Assembly (NCBI GenBank): GCA_030867685.1
Contig: JAQOWU010000003.1
Span: forward strand, 1,116,001-1,180,000
Source: Wickerhamiella versatilis
Taxonomy: Eukaryota
Direction: 5' to 3'
DNA length: 64,000 nt
The number at the start of each line of letters is the position of its first letter. Position 1 is the stretch's first letter. The notes beneath the pieces are model-generated. The model saw nothing but the letters and a program-made list of their open reading frames with translations, searched no databases and was not told the origin of the DNA. Positions 52,099-61,757 of this stretch are shown piece by piece. The position numbers and the translations under genes were made by a program.

Positions 52099-53091
52099 TT
52101 AGGACGAGAACGTGAGACCCATGACAGTACTGGGCATACTGACAAGTTTGAGAAAGGGACCCTGGCTTACTACCAGAGGCCGCCGAAGTACAACTGTTTC
52201 ACCGACAGGGTCAACCTCGGGACACTCCGCGATGTGGTCGATGCCACCAAGTCCAAGCATATCTAGATTATCAATGGATGCAGTCCCAAAGATATAGAGC
52301 TTGCCAGACTTACCAATGGCAAATGCTGGTGTATTGGAATCCAAAGCAATGATTATATCTTTAGAGGGTTCCGGTATAGGTACTTCACTTAGTGGCTCTT
52401 CATCACAATAGGAGAATACGCGGCCATGGTCAGTTAGCAAGACCACGAATTCGTGGCTAGAGACAACCTTCTCGAAACGTTCTCCCTGCGGGGGTCGAAA
52501 ATAAGGGGCTGGGCCTAGCAGCCCATCTTTCGTGATAAAAATGAGGGCATCTCCTCTCGTGGCAATCATTCTAGCGTTCACATTCTCGTTCAGGAAAACC
52601 TTGCGTCCACGGTACCAAATAAGCCCGCTTTCATGAAGGACGTAAAGATGACCCCACCGGTCGTCCAAAATCTGAACTATTGGAGACTTGTCTAACAAAT
52701 TCAAACCCATACCTTCTGGCGCTATTCTCCCATCAGAATACAGAAAAACAGGGTCTTGTGACTTTGGTGAACGTGTTTGTGACAACACCCCATATTCAAA
52801 CGAAGGATAGCCATTACTTACACCAATATCGATCGCGGTATGATGCGCCTGACATGGCCATTGGTTGTCGCCGCCCCATTCCCAAAGTTGGCAGCTCAGC
52901 CTCGACTCCATTCGTTGAAGCCAGGTGCTTCCAGGTGCTAGAAGAGCATCATTTGGAAAACTTTTTTTATAACAGGTGAATAGATAAGGCTCTGCTAATG
53001 CGTGAAGACCAGCCCTCGCAACATTAACTAGTTCTTTAGGTCCCAACAACGGAAAAATGTGCGTCGCCCACACATCCGCAGTGACTAACAT
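52099..53091 (-). CDS. F-box plus RCC1-like repeat protein (Saf1/Pof9-like)
   Basis: N-terminal F-box-like DVWATHIFPLLGPKELVNV, then LWEWGG, LYVLHESG, VVLLTDHGRVF, GKLYIFG...MLGLG. Confidence 0.65.
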   Translation of the reverse strand: MLVTADVWATHIFPLLGPKELVNVARAGLHALAEPYLFTCYKKSFPNDALLAPGSTWLQRMESRLSCQLWEWGGDNQWPCQAHHTAIDIGVSNGYPSFEYGVLSQTRSPKSQDPVFLYSDGRIAPEGMGLNLLDKSPIVQILDDRWGHLYVLHESGLIWYRGRKVFLNENVNARMIATRGDALIFITKDGLLGPAPYFRPPQGERFEKVVSSHEFVVLLTDHGRVFSYCDEEPLSEVPIPEPSKDIIIALDSNTPAFAIGKSGKLYIFGTASIDNLDMLGLGGIDHIAECPEVDPVGETVVLRRPLVVSQGPFLKLVSMPSTVMGLTFSS

Positions 53092-53419
53092 GGCCAAACC
53101 GTCACGGTATGGTCCTATAGCGATGGAGGTATTGAATAGTCTTTTGGCAAGGAATTGGGAAAACAATGGTTCTTTAATCAGACGCTATAAATTCCTCAGC
53201 CATACTGCTGCTTGTGAGTTTGTGGGCAAAACAGCGAAGCTGGCAGACAAGATGCAACATCATCCTGAGGTTAATATTCGATACAACCTAGTCACCTTCC
53301 TGCTTCACACCAACGATGTTAACGGCGCTGTAACAAAAGTAGATGGTAGGCTGGCGGATGCAATTGAACAATTGTACAGGGATCATAGTGACCAGGGGAT
53401 TGACACGCATGAAAAGTGA
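53090..53419 (+). CDS. Pterin-4-alpha-carbinolamine dehydratase family protein
   Basis: LIRRYKF...EFV...ADKMQHHPEV...YNLV...D..LA..IE. Alternative ATGs at 53057 and 53123. Confidence 0.85.
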   Translation: MAKPSRYGPIAMEVLNSLLARNWENNGSLIRRYKFLSHTAACEFVGKTAKLADKMQHHPEVNIRYNLVTFLLHTNDVNGAVTKVDGRLADAIEQLYRDHSDQGIDTHEK

Positions 53420-53856
53420 GGATGTAAGCTCATGAGTCTATTCTTGAGCGGGCATATCCTCCTCCTTTTTTTTTCCTATATGAGGAACCTTTTTCTGGGA
53501 CGGAAACGCTCCCCGTGCGGCTTATAATACCTCGTGCCGACCAATAATCGCGAGCATAAGCATTCCTTGAGAATTATCTCTAATCAGTATTTCGTCCCTA
53601 AATTAGAGCTGAGGATTGTGATCTGATTTCGTATAATATTCGCGACATACTGCTAGTTAATAACCGTTGACTATTGCTATAAGGGGTGAATGCTTCAGAG
53701 ACGCGAAAATCCATATGGATTAAAGTAGCATATAATATTGTAGAAATCCATACCAAACTAATGCGGCTCTCTCAGTGCACTATTGTGGTTTGAAAAAGAC
53801 TTATTTCTAACCTCGTGCTCAGACGCACGTTACTAAGAAACAGAAAGGCAGATGGA

Positions 53857-55113
53857 ATGGCCTCTGCCATCTTCTTCCTGGATAGTCAAGGGAGGCCCCT
53901 TTTGAGTAGAAATTTTCGTGGAGATGTACCACTTAGCTCTGTTGAGTACTTTCCTCAACTGATAGCCGAATCGGATGAACCGTTCCTGAGTTATCGAGGC
54001 GTTCACTACACGTATATCAGACACTCCAATGTGATATTACTTGCAATATCGCGGAAAAATACAAATTGCATGACCATTTCATACTTTTTGCATCAACTAA
54101 TAAATGCTCTTGGGGACTATGTGAAGACTGTAGAGGAAGAAAGCATCAGGGATAATTATGTTGTCGTTTACGAACTTCTTGATGAAATGATGGACTTTGG
54201 ACACGTGCAAACAACTGATATCAATCTTCTTCGTGACTATGTCACGCAGTCGACCTATAAGTTGGAGGTCTCCCAAGCAATAAGCGCGTTAACAGACAAG
54301 ATAAGTTGGAGACCACCCGGAATCTGGTACAAGAAAAACGAAATTTTCGTAGATGTATGTGAGACCGTGAATGCTATTGTCTCTGCGGATGGTACTCTAA
54401 GCGTATGCCAAATATTTGGATCTATTACCTTCCGTGTATATTTATCAGGGATGCCTCAGCTCAAGCTCGGCATAAATGATCTGAACCATTCGGCAATCAA
54501 GCCCAAGACTAAATATCGAGCATCTCGGTACGTGCCAATTGAGGATGTTGGAATGCATGAATGCGTGAATCTAGATGAATATGAAAAAAGTGGAACAATC
54601 TCGTTTATACCGCCTGACGGGAAGTTTACCCTCTTAACCTATCGTGTTAAGGAAGACCCTACTAGGCGCTCGTTATTTCGCTTGAACCATAAAACTAAGG
54701 TCATTTCTGGCTCCCGTATCCAGATCACTTGTTCTCTCGTCGCTAATTACAAGAAGCGCCAATCATGTACTTTTGCGGAATTTAAATTCCCAGTTCCGGA
54801 GGACTGTGATTCACCTAGGTGTAAGATCAGCCAAGGAAGCATTGTGTATGCACCAGAGGTGAATTCAGTCATATGGCGTCTTAAGGATTTCGCGGGAGGT
54901 CAATCTGCGTCGATGACGGCAGAATTAATGCTGAGCAGAACAGGAGATTCTCGGGTACCCAATGTACCAGTCACCGCATCATTTGAAATTTCGGGTTCTG
55001 CTTTATCAGGGATACAGCTAAGATATCTCAAGATCACCGAGAACATGCTTAAATATGAGGCACTACCATGGGTACGTTACATCACTAAAAGTGGGGACTA
55101 TGAATATCGATAG
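53857..55113 (+). CDS. Clathrin adaptor AP-1 mu subunit (Apm1/Apm2-like)
   Basis: MASAIFFLD, EESIRDNYVVVYELLDEMMDFG, LSGMPQLKLGIND, FIPPDGKF, ALPWVRYIT. Confidence 0.9.
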   Translation: MASAIFFLDSQGRPLLSRNFRGDVPLSSVEYFPQLIAESDEPFLSYRGVHYTYIRHSNVILLAISRKNTNCMTISYFLHQLINALGDYVKTVEEESIRDNYVVVYELLDEMMDFGHVQTTDINLLRDYVTQSTYKLEVSQAISALTDKISWRPPGIWYKKNEIFVDVCETVNAIVSADGTLSVCQIFGSITFRVYLSGMPQLKLGINDLNHSAIKPKTKYRASRYVPIEDVGMHECVNLDEYEKSGTISFIPPDGKFTLLTYRVKEDPTRRSLFRLNHKTKVISGSRIQITCSLVANYKKRQSCTFAEFKFPVPEDCDSPRCKISQGSIVYAPEVNSVIWRLKDFAGGQSASMTAELMLSRTGDSRVPNVPVTASFEISGSALSGIQLRYLKITENMLKYEALPWVRYITKSGDYEYR

Positions 55114-55125
55114 GGTGCTGCCGAT

Positions 55126-56538
55126 TTATATACCTTTACCACTGACATTGGCTTTGATGTCAGATATTGCCTTACGCTGATTATCAAGACTACTCTTCTG
55201 TTGTAAAACTTGGTTTTCGTAGAGTTCATAGAGTGATTGTTCTGTGCGATTAATGGCAGCAATACTACTTGTCTTCACTGACTCTTGATAATTTTTGATA
55301 GCATTCAACCAAATCTTTTGCATTCGATTCAGACCTACTACTATGCCCAGGCCCGCTAGTGCAGTCATAGTGTACATCGAATATCCACCCCAAATTACGC
55401 CTGCTATTGCTGAAAGTGCCAATGGAATCTGAACACCCAAAGCTGTAAGTACGGCATAAACGACTTTTTTCTGTAGTGACATAGACAATAACTCGCAGTG
55501 TGTGAGTGCCTCATTAAGAAAAACTTGAGGATTACAGGAAGCTGCAGCAGCAAGAATTGGGGGTACAGCTTGATCGATTCTTCCGGTTACATACTGTATT
55601 CCAGACTTTGCCGAGGGCATATAACGCCAAGATAGCCACTCCGTTAGCGTGGTCTCAACATCATCAGCCCTTCCATAAAGCTTGTACCATGCTAGGTCCT
55701 TTGTTAGAAGCTTTTCAAGTGAAGGAAGAACATCCCTCTGTAACTCTCGATGTGCACTACTAGCCCATTCGCGGCGCAATGCTTGGATTTCGGCATTGAG
55801 GCTAGAATTTTGCGTCAACGAATTCGTTGCCAAGTCTACTTGGGACTCACATGTTGTGATAATAGATTGAAGGAGGGCATTGCGAATGGCTTTTGGATCA
55901 GTCAGTGTCTCTTTTAAGTGGAATATTCCCGAGCGCTTGGCAAGGTCCGTATAAGTGGAAACATTGGCGGGTGATTCCCTTAAGAGTGCGCAAGCTGATG
56001 AATATTTTTCAAGGTCAATCGGAAGAGTCTCCATTTGGTAAAAGACCTTCTGAAATGGGTTCTGCACACCGTTATGCTCGTGAGAATCCAGTACAACCCT
56101 AAGAGAGGGGAAATCGATTGCAGGGGGAGTTTTTTGAGGGGAACATATGAAAACATGAAGATCTGAGCTTTCTATATGTTCTTGTGAATCTTCAACACCG
56201 CTGACTTCGACATATTCTACCGGCGGGCCACTAAAAGGTATTGGGTACCGAACCATGGAGTTCTGCGTCTCAATATACTCAAAAGAAGGACTTTGAACAA
56301 CAATGGTATCTTTAGTGAATGGCCGATTTGCCAAGGCTTCGCTCCATTTCGATTCGTCAGGGTCTAGAGGATCGGCCACGAGCGCGTCAAGTAAAGGTGC
56401 ACAGGCTTTTCGAGGCAGGCCCCAAGGGATCAGAGCTACCCTTGGAACGCTTTTATTTGCCGCATATGCATCTATCCTTCGCCATAATGCCCCCGTGTTA
56501 GGAAAAAGGCGCTTTAAACCGCGTACACCGGTAGCCAT
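55126..56538 (-). CDS. Conserved fungal probable mitochondrial membrane protein (Mmc1-like)
   Basis: LLDALVADPL, W...AHRELQ, LAWYKLYGRADDV signature, two C-terminal TMs. Confidence 0.55.
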   Translation of the reverse strand: MATGVRGLKRLFPNTGALWRRIDAYAANKSVPRVALIPWGLPRKACAPLLDALVADPLDPDESKWSEALANRPFTKDTIVVQSPSFEYIETQNSMVRYPIPFSGPPVEYVEVSGVEDSQEHIESSDLHVFICSPQKTPPAIDFPSLRVVLDSHEHNGVQNPFQKVFYQMETLPIDLEKYSSACALLRESPANVSTYTDLAKRSGIFHLKETLTDPKAIRNALLQSIITTCESQVDLATNSLTQNSSLNAEIQALRREWASSAHRELQRDVLPSLEKLLTKDLAWYKLYGRADDVETTLTEWLSWRYMPSAKSGIQYVTGRIDQAVPPILAAAASCNPQVFLNEALTHCELLSMSLQKKVVYAVLTALGVQIPLALSAIAGVIWGGYSMYTMTALAGLGIVVGLNRMQKIWLNAIKNYQESVKTSSIAAINRTEQSLYELYENQVLQQKSSLDNQRKAISDIKANVSGKGI

Positions 56539-56610
56539 AGTAAGCAACGGCAGCGGCAGCAGCTCTTATGATTATGATTTTAACATTTAACACGCAGAAT
56601 ATAGACATAT

Positions 56611-57231
56611 CTAAGGTTCAAGTCTTGAAAGCTCCCAACCCTCTCTATCTCTCCTGTAACTTAATCGATCAGCTATACCGTCCTCCCTACCCTGCCAAAA
56701 CTCATAAGCATCCGGCACCACCTGCACACGGCTAAAATTATGCGGCACTTCTAGAGACGTGTGATTGATTTCTTGATGTTTTAATCTTTGTTCCAGCTGA
56801 GCTCGGTTTGCCACTTTTTCGCTCTGGCTAAAAGCTGCATACCGTTCCCGGAAGCCCTGGGGTTGACCTTGCCAATATTCTTCGGTCGTTGCTGCGGGTA
56901 GGATCTGAGCTTTACCCTGTACCCTTATTGATCTGTCCAGAACTTGGTGATAAAATGTAAGGGCAACCCAGGGATTCGATCGAATGTCCTCTCCTTTTTG
57001 ACTGGTGGCCCAGTCTGTCGAAAAGAGAAAATTCCCATCATCTGTAAAGTCTTTCAGGTTAACGAGGCGTGCACTAACTCGTGCACTTGGCAGGTGAACG
57101 GTTGAAAGGGTCCCCACCAATGGCAGTGGAATATTCGCAGACCTTGCATCTTTTATCCATTGCCGCATAAGTACTGATGGATCATTGCCGGCCAATGATT
57201 CTAACAGTGGCTGCTGTGAGTACTTAGCCAT
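56611..57231 (-). CDS. Pyridoxamine 5'-phosphate oxidase-like FMN protein, diverged
   Basis: DP....QWI..A, LSTV...VSARLVNLK, KG.DI.SNP.VALTF, EFWQG...DR..Y...W...RLEP. Start 57231 or 57276. Confidence 0.85.
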   Translation of the reverse strand: MAKYSQQPLLESLAGNDPSVLMRQWIKDARSANIPLPLVGTLSTVHLPSARVSARLVNLKDFTDDGNFLFSTDWATSQKGEDIRSNPWVALTFYHQVLDRSIRVQGKAQILPAATTEEYWQGQPQGFRERYAAFSQSEKVANRAQLEQRLKHQEINHTSLEVPHNFSRVQVVPDAYEFWQGREDGIADRLSYRRDREGWELSRLEP

Positions 57232-57829
57232 GGTATGAAGCAGCCTAGACAGCTTGTAATAAGAGGTAGTAGTCATCTATTAACTGGGATCAAGTTCGCT
57301 ATGCTGACGAGCAATTGTGAAGCGTAGCCAATAAAAGTTCGTCTTGCAGCACTTCAGATGGCTCCAAAACTAGGTAGGGTAGAGAGAAATATGATTGATG
57401 CGTAGATCTTATTTAAGGAGGTTAATCGTATGACCGAAGGACCAACAATTGCTGTTTCGCCTTAAATGTAGTTTGCAGGAAACAGTTATAAAACTCTGGC
57501 CTCTCTACGTCCTTTTATAAACCATCAGAAGGTCCCACTACACTATAGGCTATCGAGCAGATCAAGAAATCACGATACCTCATGATGGTAGAGTTTCCTG
57601 AAATATCAGGTGGGACAATATTCAATAATACAGTCTTAACAGGTCCAAATGGGGTTACTGATACATATAGTAAAACACATATGTATCAAGTGGACTTAAA
57701 CTAAGCCTTTAAACACGTGTTTTTCATGTTTCTTCATGTGTTCACAGGCTAAGGCGTAGCATAAGTGAAACATTGATTGAGTACTAATAAAAGTGATCTA
57801 AAACTTGTATAATAAAAGCTTAGCATAAT

Positions 57830-58441
57830 TTAATGGCTTTTAGCCTCTGCTTGGCGTTTCCAATGGTCAACTTCTTTCCAGGCCGTTGCAAGCTCGGACT
57901 TCAGAGACTTCACCGTATTGCTCAATTCTGAGATCGTCTGCTCGCCGAGAAGCTTTTCCAAGGTCATCTTTTCTAAATATTGTTGCTCGTTGTCCCTCAG
58001 CTTCTTTATGTAGTCAACAGCGCGTTGGAGGATCTGACCCTTGTGCTTGTCACAGTCAGGCACAACCTTGGCCAGTTCGTCAATCCCGCGATTGATCCCT
58101 TCTCTTCGCCTTCTCTCTACTTCCTTGTGATTATCCTTCTTGATTTTATAGTATTCGTCGGATCCGGGCTTCACGGTACTCGCTGGAAGGCTTGGCGATT
58201 GGGTTGCTGCCACTACTGCTGCTGCAGTACGTGATGGATGATGGTGTTGATGCGGCGTGGGAACAGATGATGTTTGTTGAATTGCGCTGTAGGGACCAAT
58301 GCCAAATTCAGATTGAAGACCCATATTTTCAAATCCAGTGCGCGCGTTAGACTGATCATACTGAGGTATGTGCGGATTATCCTTTGGGGAAGATGTCGTG
58401 ATTGGTGCCCCATCCGGGGCTATGCCGCCGTTAACCTGCAT
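57830..58441 (-). CDS. CBF1: bHLH-ZIP factor Cbf1
   Basis: KKDNHKEVERRRREGIN.GI.EL, KGQILQRAVDYI, EKMTLEKLLGEQ. Confidence 0.92.
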   Translation of the reverse strand: MQVNGGIAPDGAPITTSSPKDNPHIPQYDQSNARTGFENMGLQSEFGIGPYSAIQQTSSVPTPHQHHHPSRTAAAVVAATQSPSLPASTVKPGSDEYYKIKKDNHKEVERRRREGINRGIDELAKVVPDCDKHKGQILQRAVDYIKKLRDNEQQYLEKMTLEKLLGEQTISELSNTVKSLKSELATAWKEVDHWKRQAEAKSH

Positions 58442-58462
58442 TCCAAATTTCTAGATAGTGGC

Positions 58463-58481
58463 GCACGTGAGTCTCACGTGC
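58463..58481. promoter_or_regulatory. Double Cbf1 site palindrome GCACGTGAG-T-CTCACGTGC upstream of CBF1
   Basis: Two CACGTG (58464, 58475) in a perfect 9-1-9 inverted repeat, 21 bp from the CBF1 ATG. Confidence 0.8.
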
Positions 58482-58969
58482 TTTTGGGGGAGACAAAGTA
58501 GACGAAACCCGTTAGTAAGGGAAATAATGCGGGGTAAGGGTGAATCGTAATAATAGCTGACATGTCTAAAGCCCAAGGCACAGTAAAAAAATGCTTCTAT
58601 AGGCTTAATTCTATCCTAAAATTTGATAAGAATTGAATCAATACAGGAATATTCGTGTTCTAGGCTTTTTTAGGAGCTCCTAGATGAAATTTTGGAGTGC
58701 AGTCATGCGTTCCCTCATAAAGGCTGTTATTACTAGCCTACTGTATAGTCAAATCGATGCAGACCCCTGGTAGTGAAGAGATGTACTGGAACCAATTTAG
58801 ATATCCTCAGTACGAGCGCACACCCACATAAGGACTGTAAACATTTGCCAAAATGAAAAACAATTTGTCAGCAAGGGAATCAGATTTCTTTCAGGACTAC
58901 TGCTGGTTAGTTACTTACTGCCTGTGAACAAGCGAAAAACCAAGGTATTTTTCGGAGATATCTACAGAT

Positions 58970-59818
58970 ATGCCCAAGTCTAGTAAGAAAAACAAGGACT
59001 TCGAAAAGACCAAACTTAAGGTAGGTAAAAAGAAGCCGCAACAGGCAAATGCCACGGATACAAGTTTCAAGTCTAGAGCTATTTCAGTACCAAGTCAACA
59101 TCGCTCAGAAGGGATTGATCATTACCTGAGTCTCCTGAGACATCACCAAGCAGCGGTGAGGTGCCAGGCTTTGGCAAACTTGGATCAATATGTGGATGCC
59201 GAACCAAGAAAAATCCTTGTTGCAACAGCACCTCTTATTACCGACTCCGACAGAAACGTTAGATCGGGCTGTAGAAATCTCTTAAAGCAGCATGAGCCAC
59301 ATTATGTTGCGGCGTCGACCGATGTGATTTTACTTTACGTTCATGCTGCAATGACCCATATAAATCCTGGGGTGCGTGCTGAGTCGATCCAGGTTCTCGA
59401 TTGGCTGCTAGACGTTGCATCTGAAGAAGTGCAAAGAATTGGGTTTGAAAAGACCCTACACCTATTTCCATCATTGCTAGGCTTTGCCGATAAAGGCTCT
59501 GGTGGTGTTGTGGTAGCACTTGCTTTTACCCCGAAAACACGCGTAAACCACCTGCAAGTATTACGAAAATTGATAAAACAGGGATCTACTCCAGATGCAC
59601 CTGCGTCGAATACATTATTCCATCCCGATACAGCGAAATTCCTTCTGCCTCCTGTAAGTGACCCCTATACGTCCGAGACAACCGAGGATTGTGCAGCACG
59701 TTTGGAAGTATTAGAGGGTCTTAAGCCAACATTCTTGAGTGGGCTATCCAATATATCTCGTGAAGGTGGGGAAATAGGGCGACTAGCGGCAAAAGTTCAT
59801 AGTGAACTGCCAAAATAA
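58970..59818 (+). CDS. IPI1: Rix1 complex/pre-60S factor Ipi1
   Basis: DFEKTKLKVGKKK..ANATDTSFKSRAI, LLYVHAAMTHI. Confidence 0.93.
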   Translation: MPKSSKKNKDFEKTKLKVGKKKPQQANATDTSFKSRAISVPSQHRSEGIDHYLSLLRHHQAAVRCQALANLDQYVDAEPRKILVATAPLITDSDRNVRSGCRNLLKQHEPHYVAASTDVILLYVHAAMTHINPGVRAESIQVLDWLLDVASEEVQRIGFEKTLHLFPSLLGFADKGSGGVVVALAFTPKTRVNHLQVLRKLIKQGSTPDAPASNTLFHPDTAKFLLPPVSDPYTSETTEDCAARLEVLEGLKPTFLSGLSNISREGGEIGRLAAKVHSELPK

Positions 59819-59982
59819 TAATCTCTAATGAAGCTTGAAATGGCTTGTATATATTTAACGTTTGCTTTAATATTAATTCAATGAGAAACCAGACATCACA
59901 TAAAGAGAAAAAAAAAGTTATAATGCTCATTCAAATAAATTATGGCTCACCTTTATTGCTTTAGTTTCCAGACCCGCGGAAA

Positions 59983-61185
59983 TCAAAATGTGGACCAATC
60001 GCTTGACTGAACGACAGATCCGGCAAAACTGGGCTCAACCGTGCTTTGCTGCGTAACAGGAATTGACAATCCCGCCGCATTCGTTGAATTATGTTCTTGT
60101 GGTTGGGCAGAAATGGATTGAGACGTTTGCACTATCTGGGACGAGCTTGCGTCTAATCGAGGAATGTCCGTAGCGAAACGAGCAAATTCTAGGTGGCAGC
60201 CATCACATGCGCGTACTGGTCTTCCAAATAAATTAAAATTAAGATTTCCGTCAAGTCCAATGGTATGAGCTGCGTCTTTCGTGCAAAAAATTCCACCACA
60301 CTTACGGCAATGATGACGTCGTCTAAGTAGCCCAAATTGCTTGTTGCACTTAATACAGCAGGATACGGAGTCATTTGAGGCCCAATGACGGCGGAGAGGT
60401 TGTAAAACATTCGCTGGTACAGCGGAAGCAGACCGAGAGGGGTTATAGCTATTAGCTGCGGTGGGCCTCAATACAGCTGGTATATATATCGGATGCCGTG
60501 GTCCCCTTAGTTGTCTGAGTACTGGGTCTCGTCGCGGGACCTGGCTTCGGCTTAAGTCGTCAGATGACGGGCGAAGCAATGTCTGACCCTTTGGTTGATG
60601 TAACTCAGTCAAACTGTCAGGGGACTTTTGTTGATTTGGACTTCCCGATGATGAATCTAAAGGTGAGCTTGGTGTGGTCAGGACAGCATGGGCCGGTGCG
60701 TAATTACGAAGTGACCGTATTGCAGTTGACACCCGTGGTAGCACTTCGCCACCGACTTTACTTCGCCCTGGGCTCACTGTATTTCTTCCACCCTCTCCAA
60801 ATGGTAGCCGTAGTCCAATATCCAACGATGATCTACGGCTGGGATGCGCGGAGGCCGGATTTCGAATCTTATCGTGGTCGTCCGAGATCAATGGGGGAGA
60901 GTCACTGGGGCTAAGTGCAGTCCCAGGGCTGCTATGCTGTAGAGCTCTCCGAGCTCTGCGACTAAGTGTGCTCAGCGCCGAATGTGAATTTGACTGGGAG
61001 GTTGGATTGATCTCCCTCTTCGCAAAGTCTAACCTGCCGCTCTCATGACTCGCTTCAGAACTCGAGGTACGCTTATTGGAATTTGATGTTGAATTTGCAA
61101 GACTTCCCTCATCTTCTGGCGAGGAAGTACTCTCAATCAAGTATGTTTTAGAGCGGTCACGTCCGTCTTGATCGGATCCAGCCAT
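59983..61185 (-). CDS. PIB2: FYVE-domain TORC1 regulator Pib2
   Basis: PIYIPAVLR motif, FYVE (W..ND...RRHHCRKCGGIFC...RACDGC), C-terminal GSV...WSTF tail motif. Confidence 0.85.
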   Translation of the reverse strand: MAGSDQDGRDRSKTYLIESTSSPEDEGSLANSTSNSNKRTSSSEASHESGRLDFAKREINPTSQSNSHSALSTLSRRARRALQHSSPGTALSPSDSPPLISDDHDKIRNPASAHPSRRSSLDIGLRLPFGEGGRNTVSPGRSKVGGEVLPRVSTAIRSLRNYAPAHAVLTTPSSPLDSSSGSPNQQKSPDSLTELHQPKGQTLLRPSSDDLSRSQVPRRDPVLRQLRGPRHPIYIPAVLRPTAANSYNPSRSASAVPANVLQPLRRHWASNDSVSCCIKCNKQFGLLRRRHHCRKCGGIFCTKDAAHTIGLDGNLNFNLFGRPVRACDGCHLEFARFATDIPRLDASSSQIVQTSQSISAQPQEHNSTNAAGLSIPVTQQSTVEPSFAGSVVQSSDWSTF

Positions 61186-61757
61186 ATGCGCTTACCAACA
61201 CACGAATCAAGGTAAGCTTATTACGGAAGAAAACCTACACACGTTAAGTGATATTTCTCACCAAATGATTGGATGACTCCCTCATTTTGGCCATCGATAA
61301 AACTAAAAAAAACCAATCGGAGCAATCGAGTTGAAACAGTAGACTTAGGTGGCATAGTAAATTAGAAGTTTTTGATTGGTTGGGAATGATAAGCAATAAG
61401 AACGCCGATCTGGTTCGAATTAACTTAAAGGACGTCATGTATGATCCTGATGTCGTTGTCGTCATGCGGATTTCCAGATTCATGGAAATTTGGAATCAAT
61501 CAATCATATTATATTAAAGATGATAGCCAGCCGGATACCTAAATTTGATTTTTTGCAATATGGCCAATAACATACTTAATGTGGCTTATAAAGGGAATTT
61601 TCTATAAAAATAAAAGATCTATAAGTTGGAGTGTCCAATTATTTATAAAATGACGGTTTCCCCTTCAAAGTATTTTTGTGCAGTTATGGTCATCTATTGT
61701 GAGTCCGAAATAAATTTGTCAGCCTTGAGAAAGCTCAAAGTCTGAAATAGAGCGTAG

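Noticed and set aside
61350-61422. A-box/B-box-like pair (TGGCATAGT...GGTTCGAAT) suggesting a tRNA
   Set aside because: No T-stem or acceptor-stem pairing, and the B-box lacks its final C.
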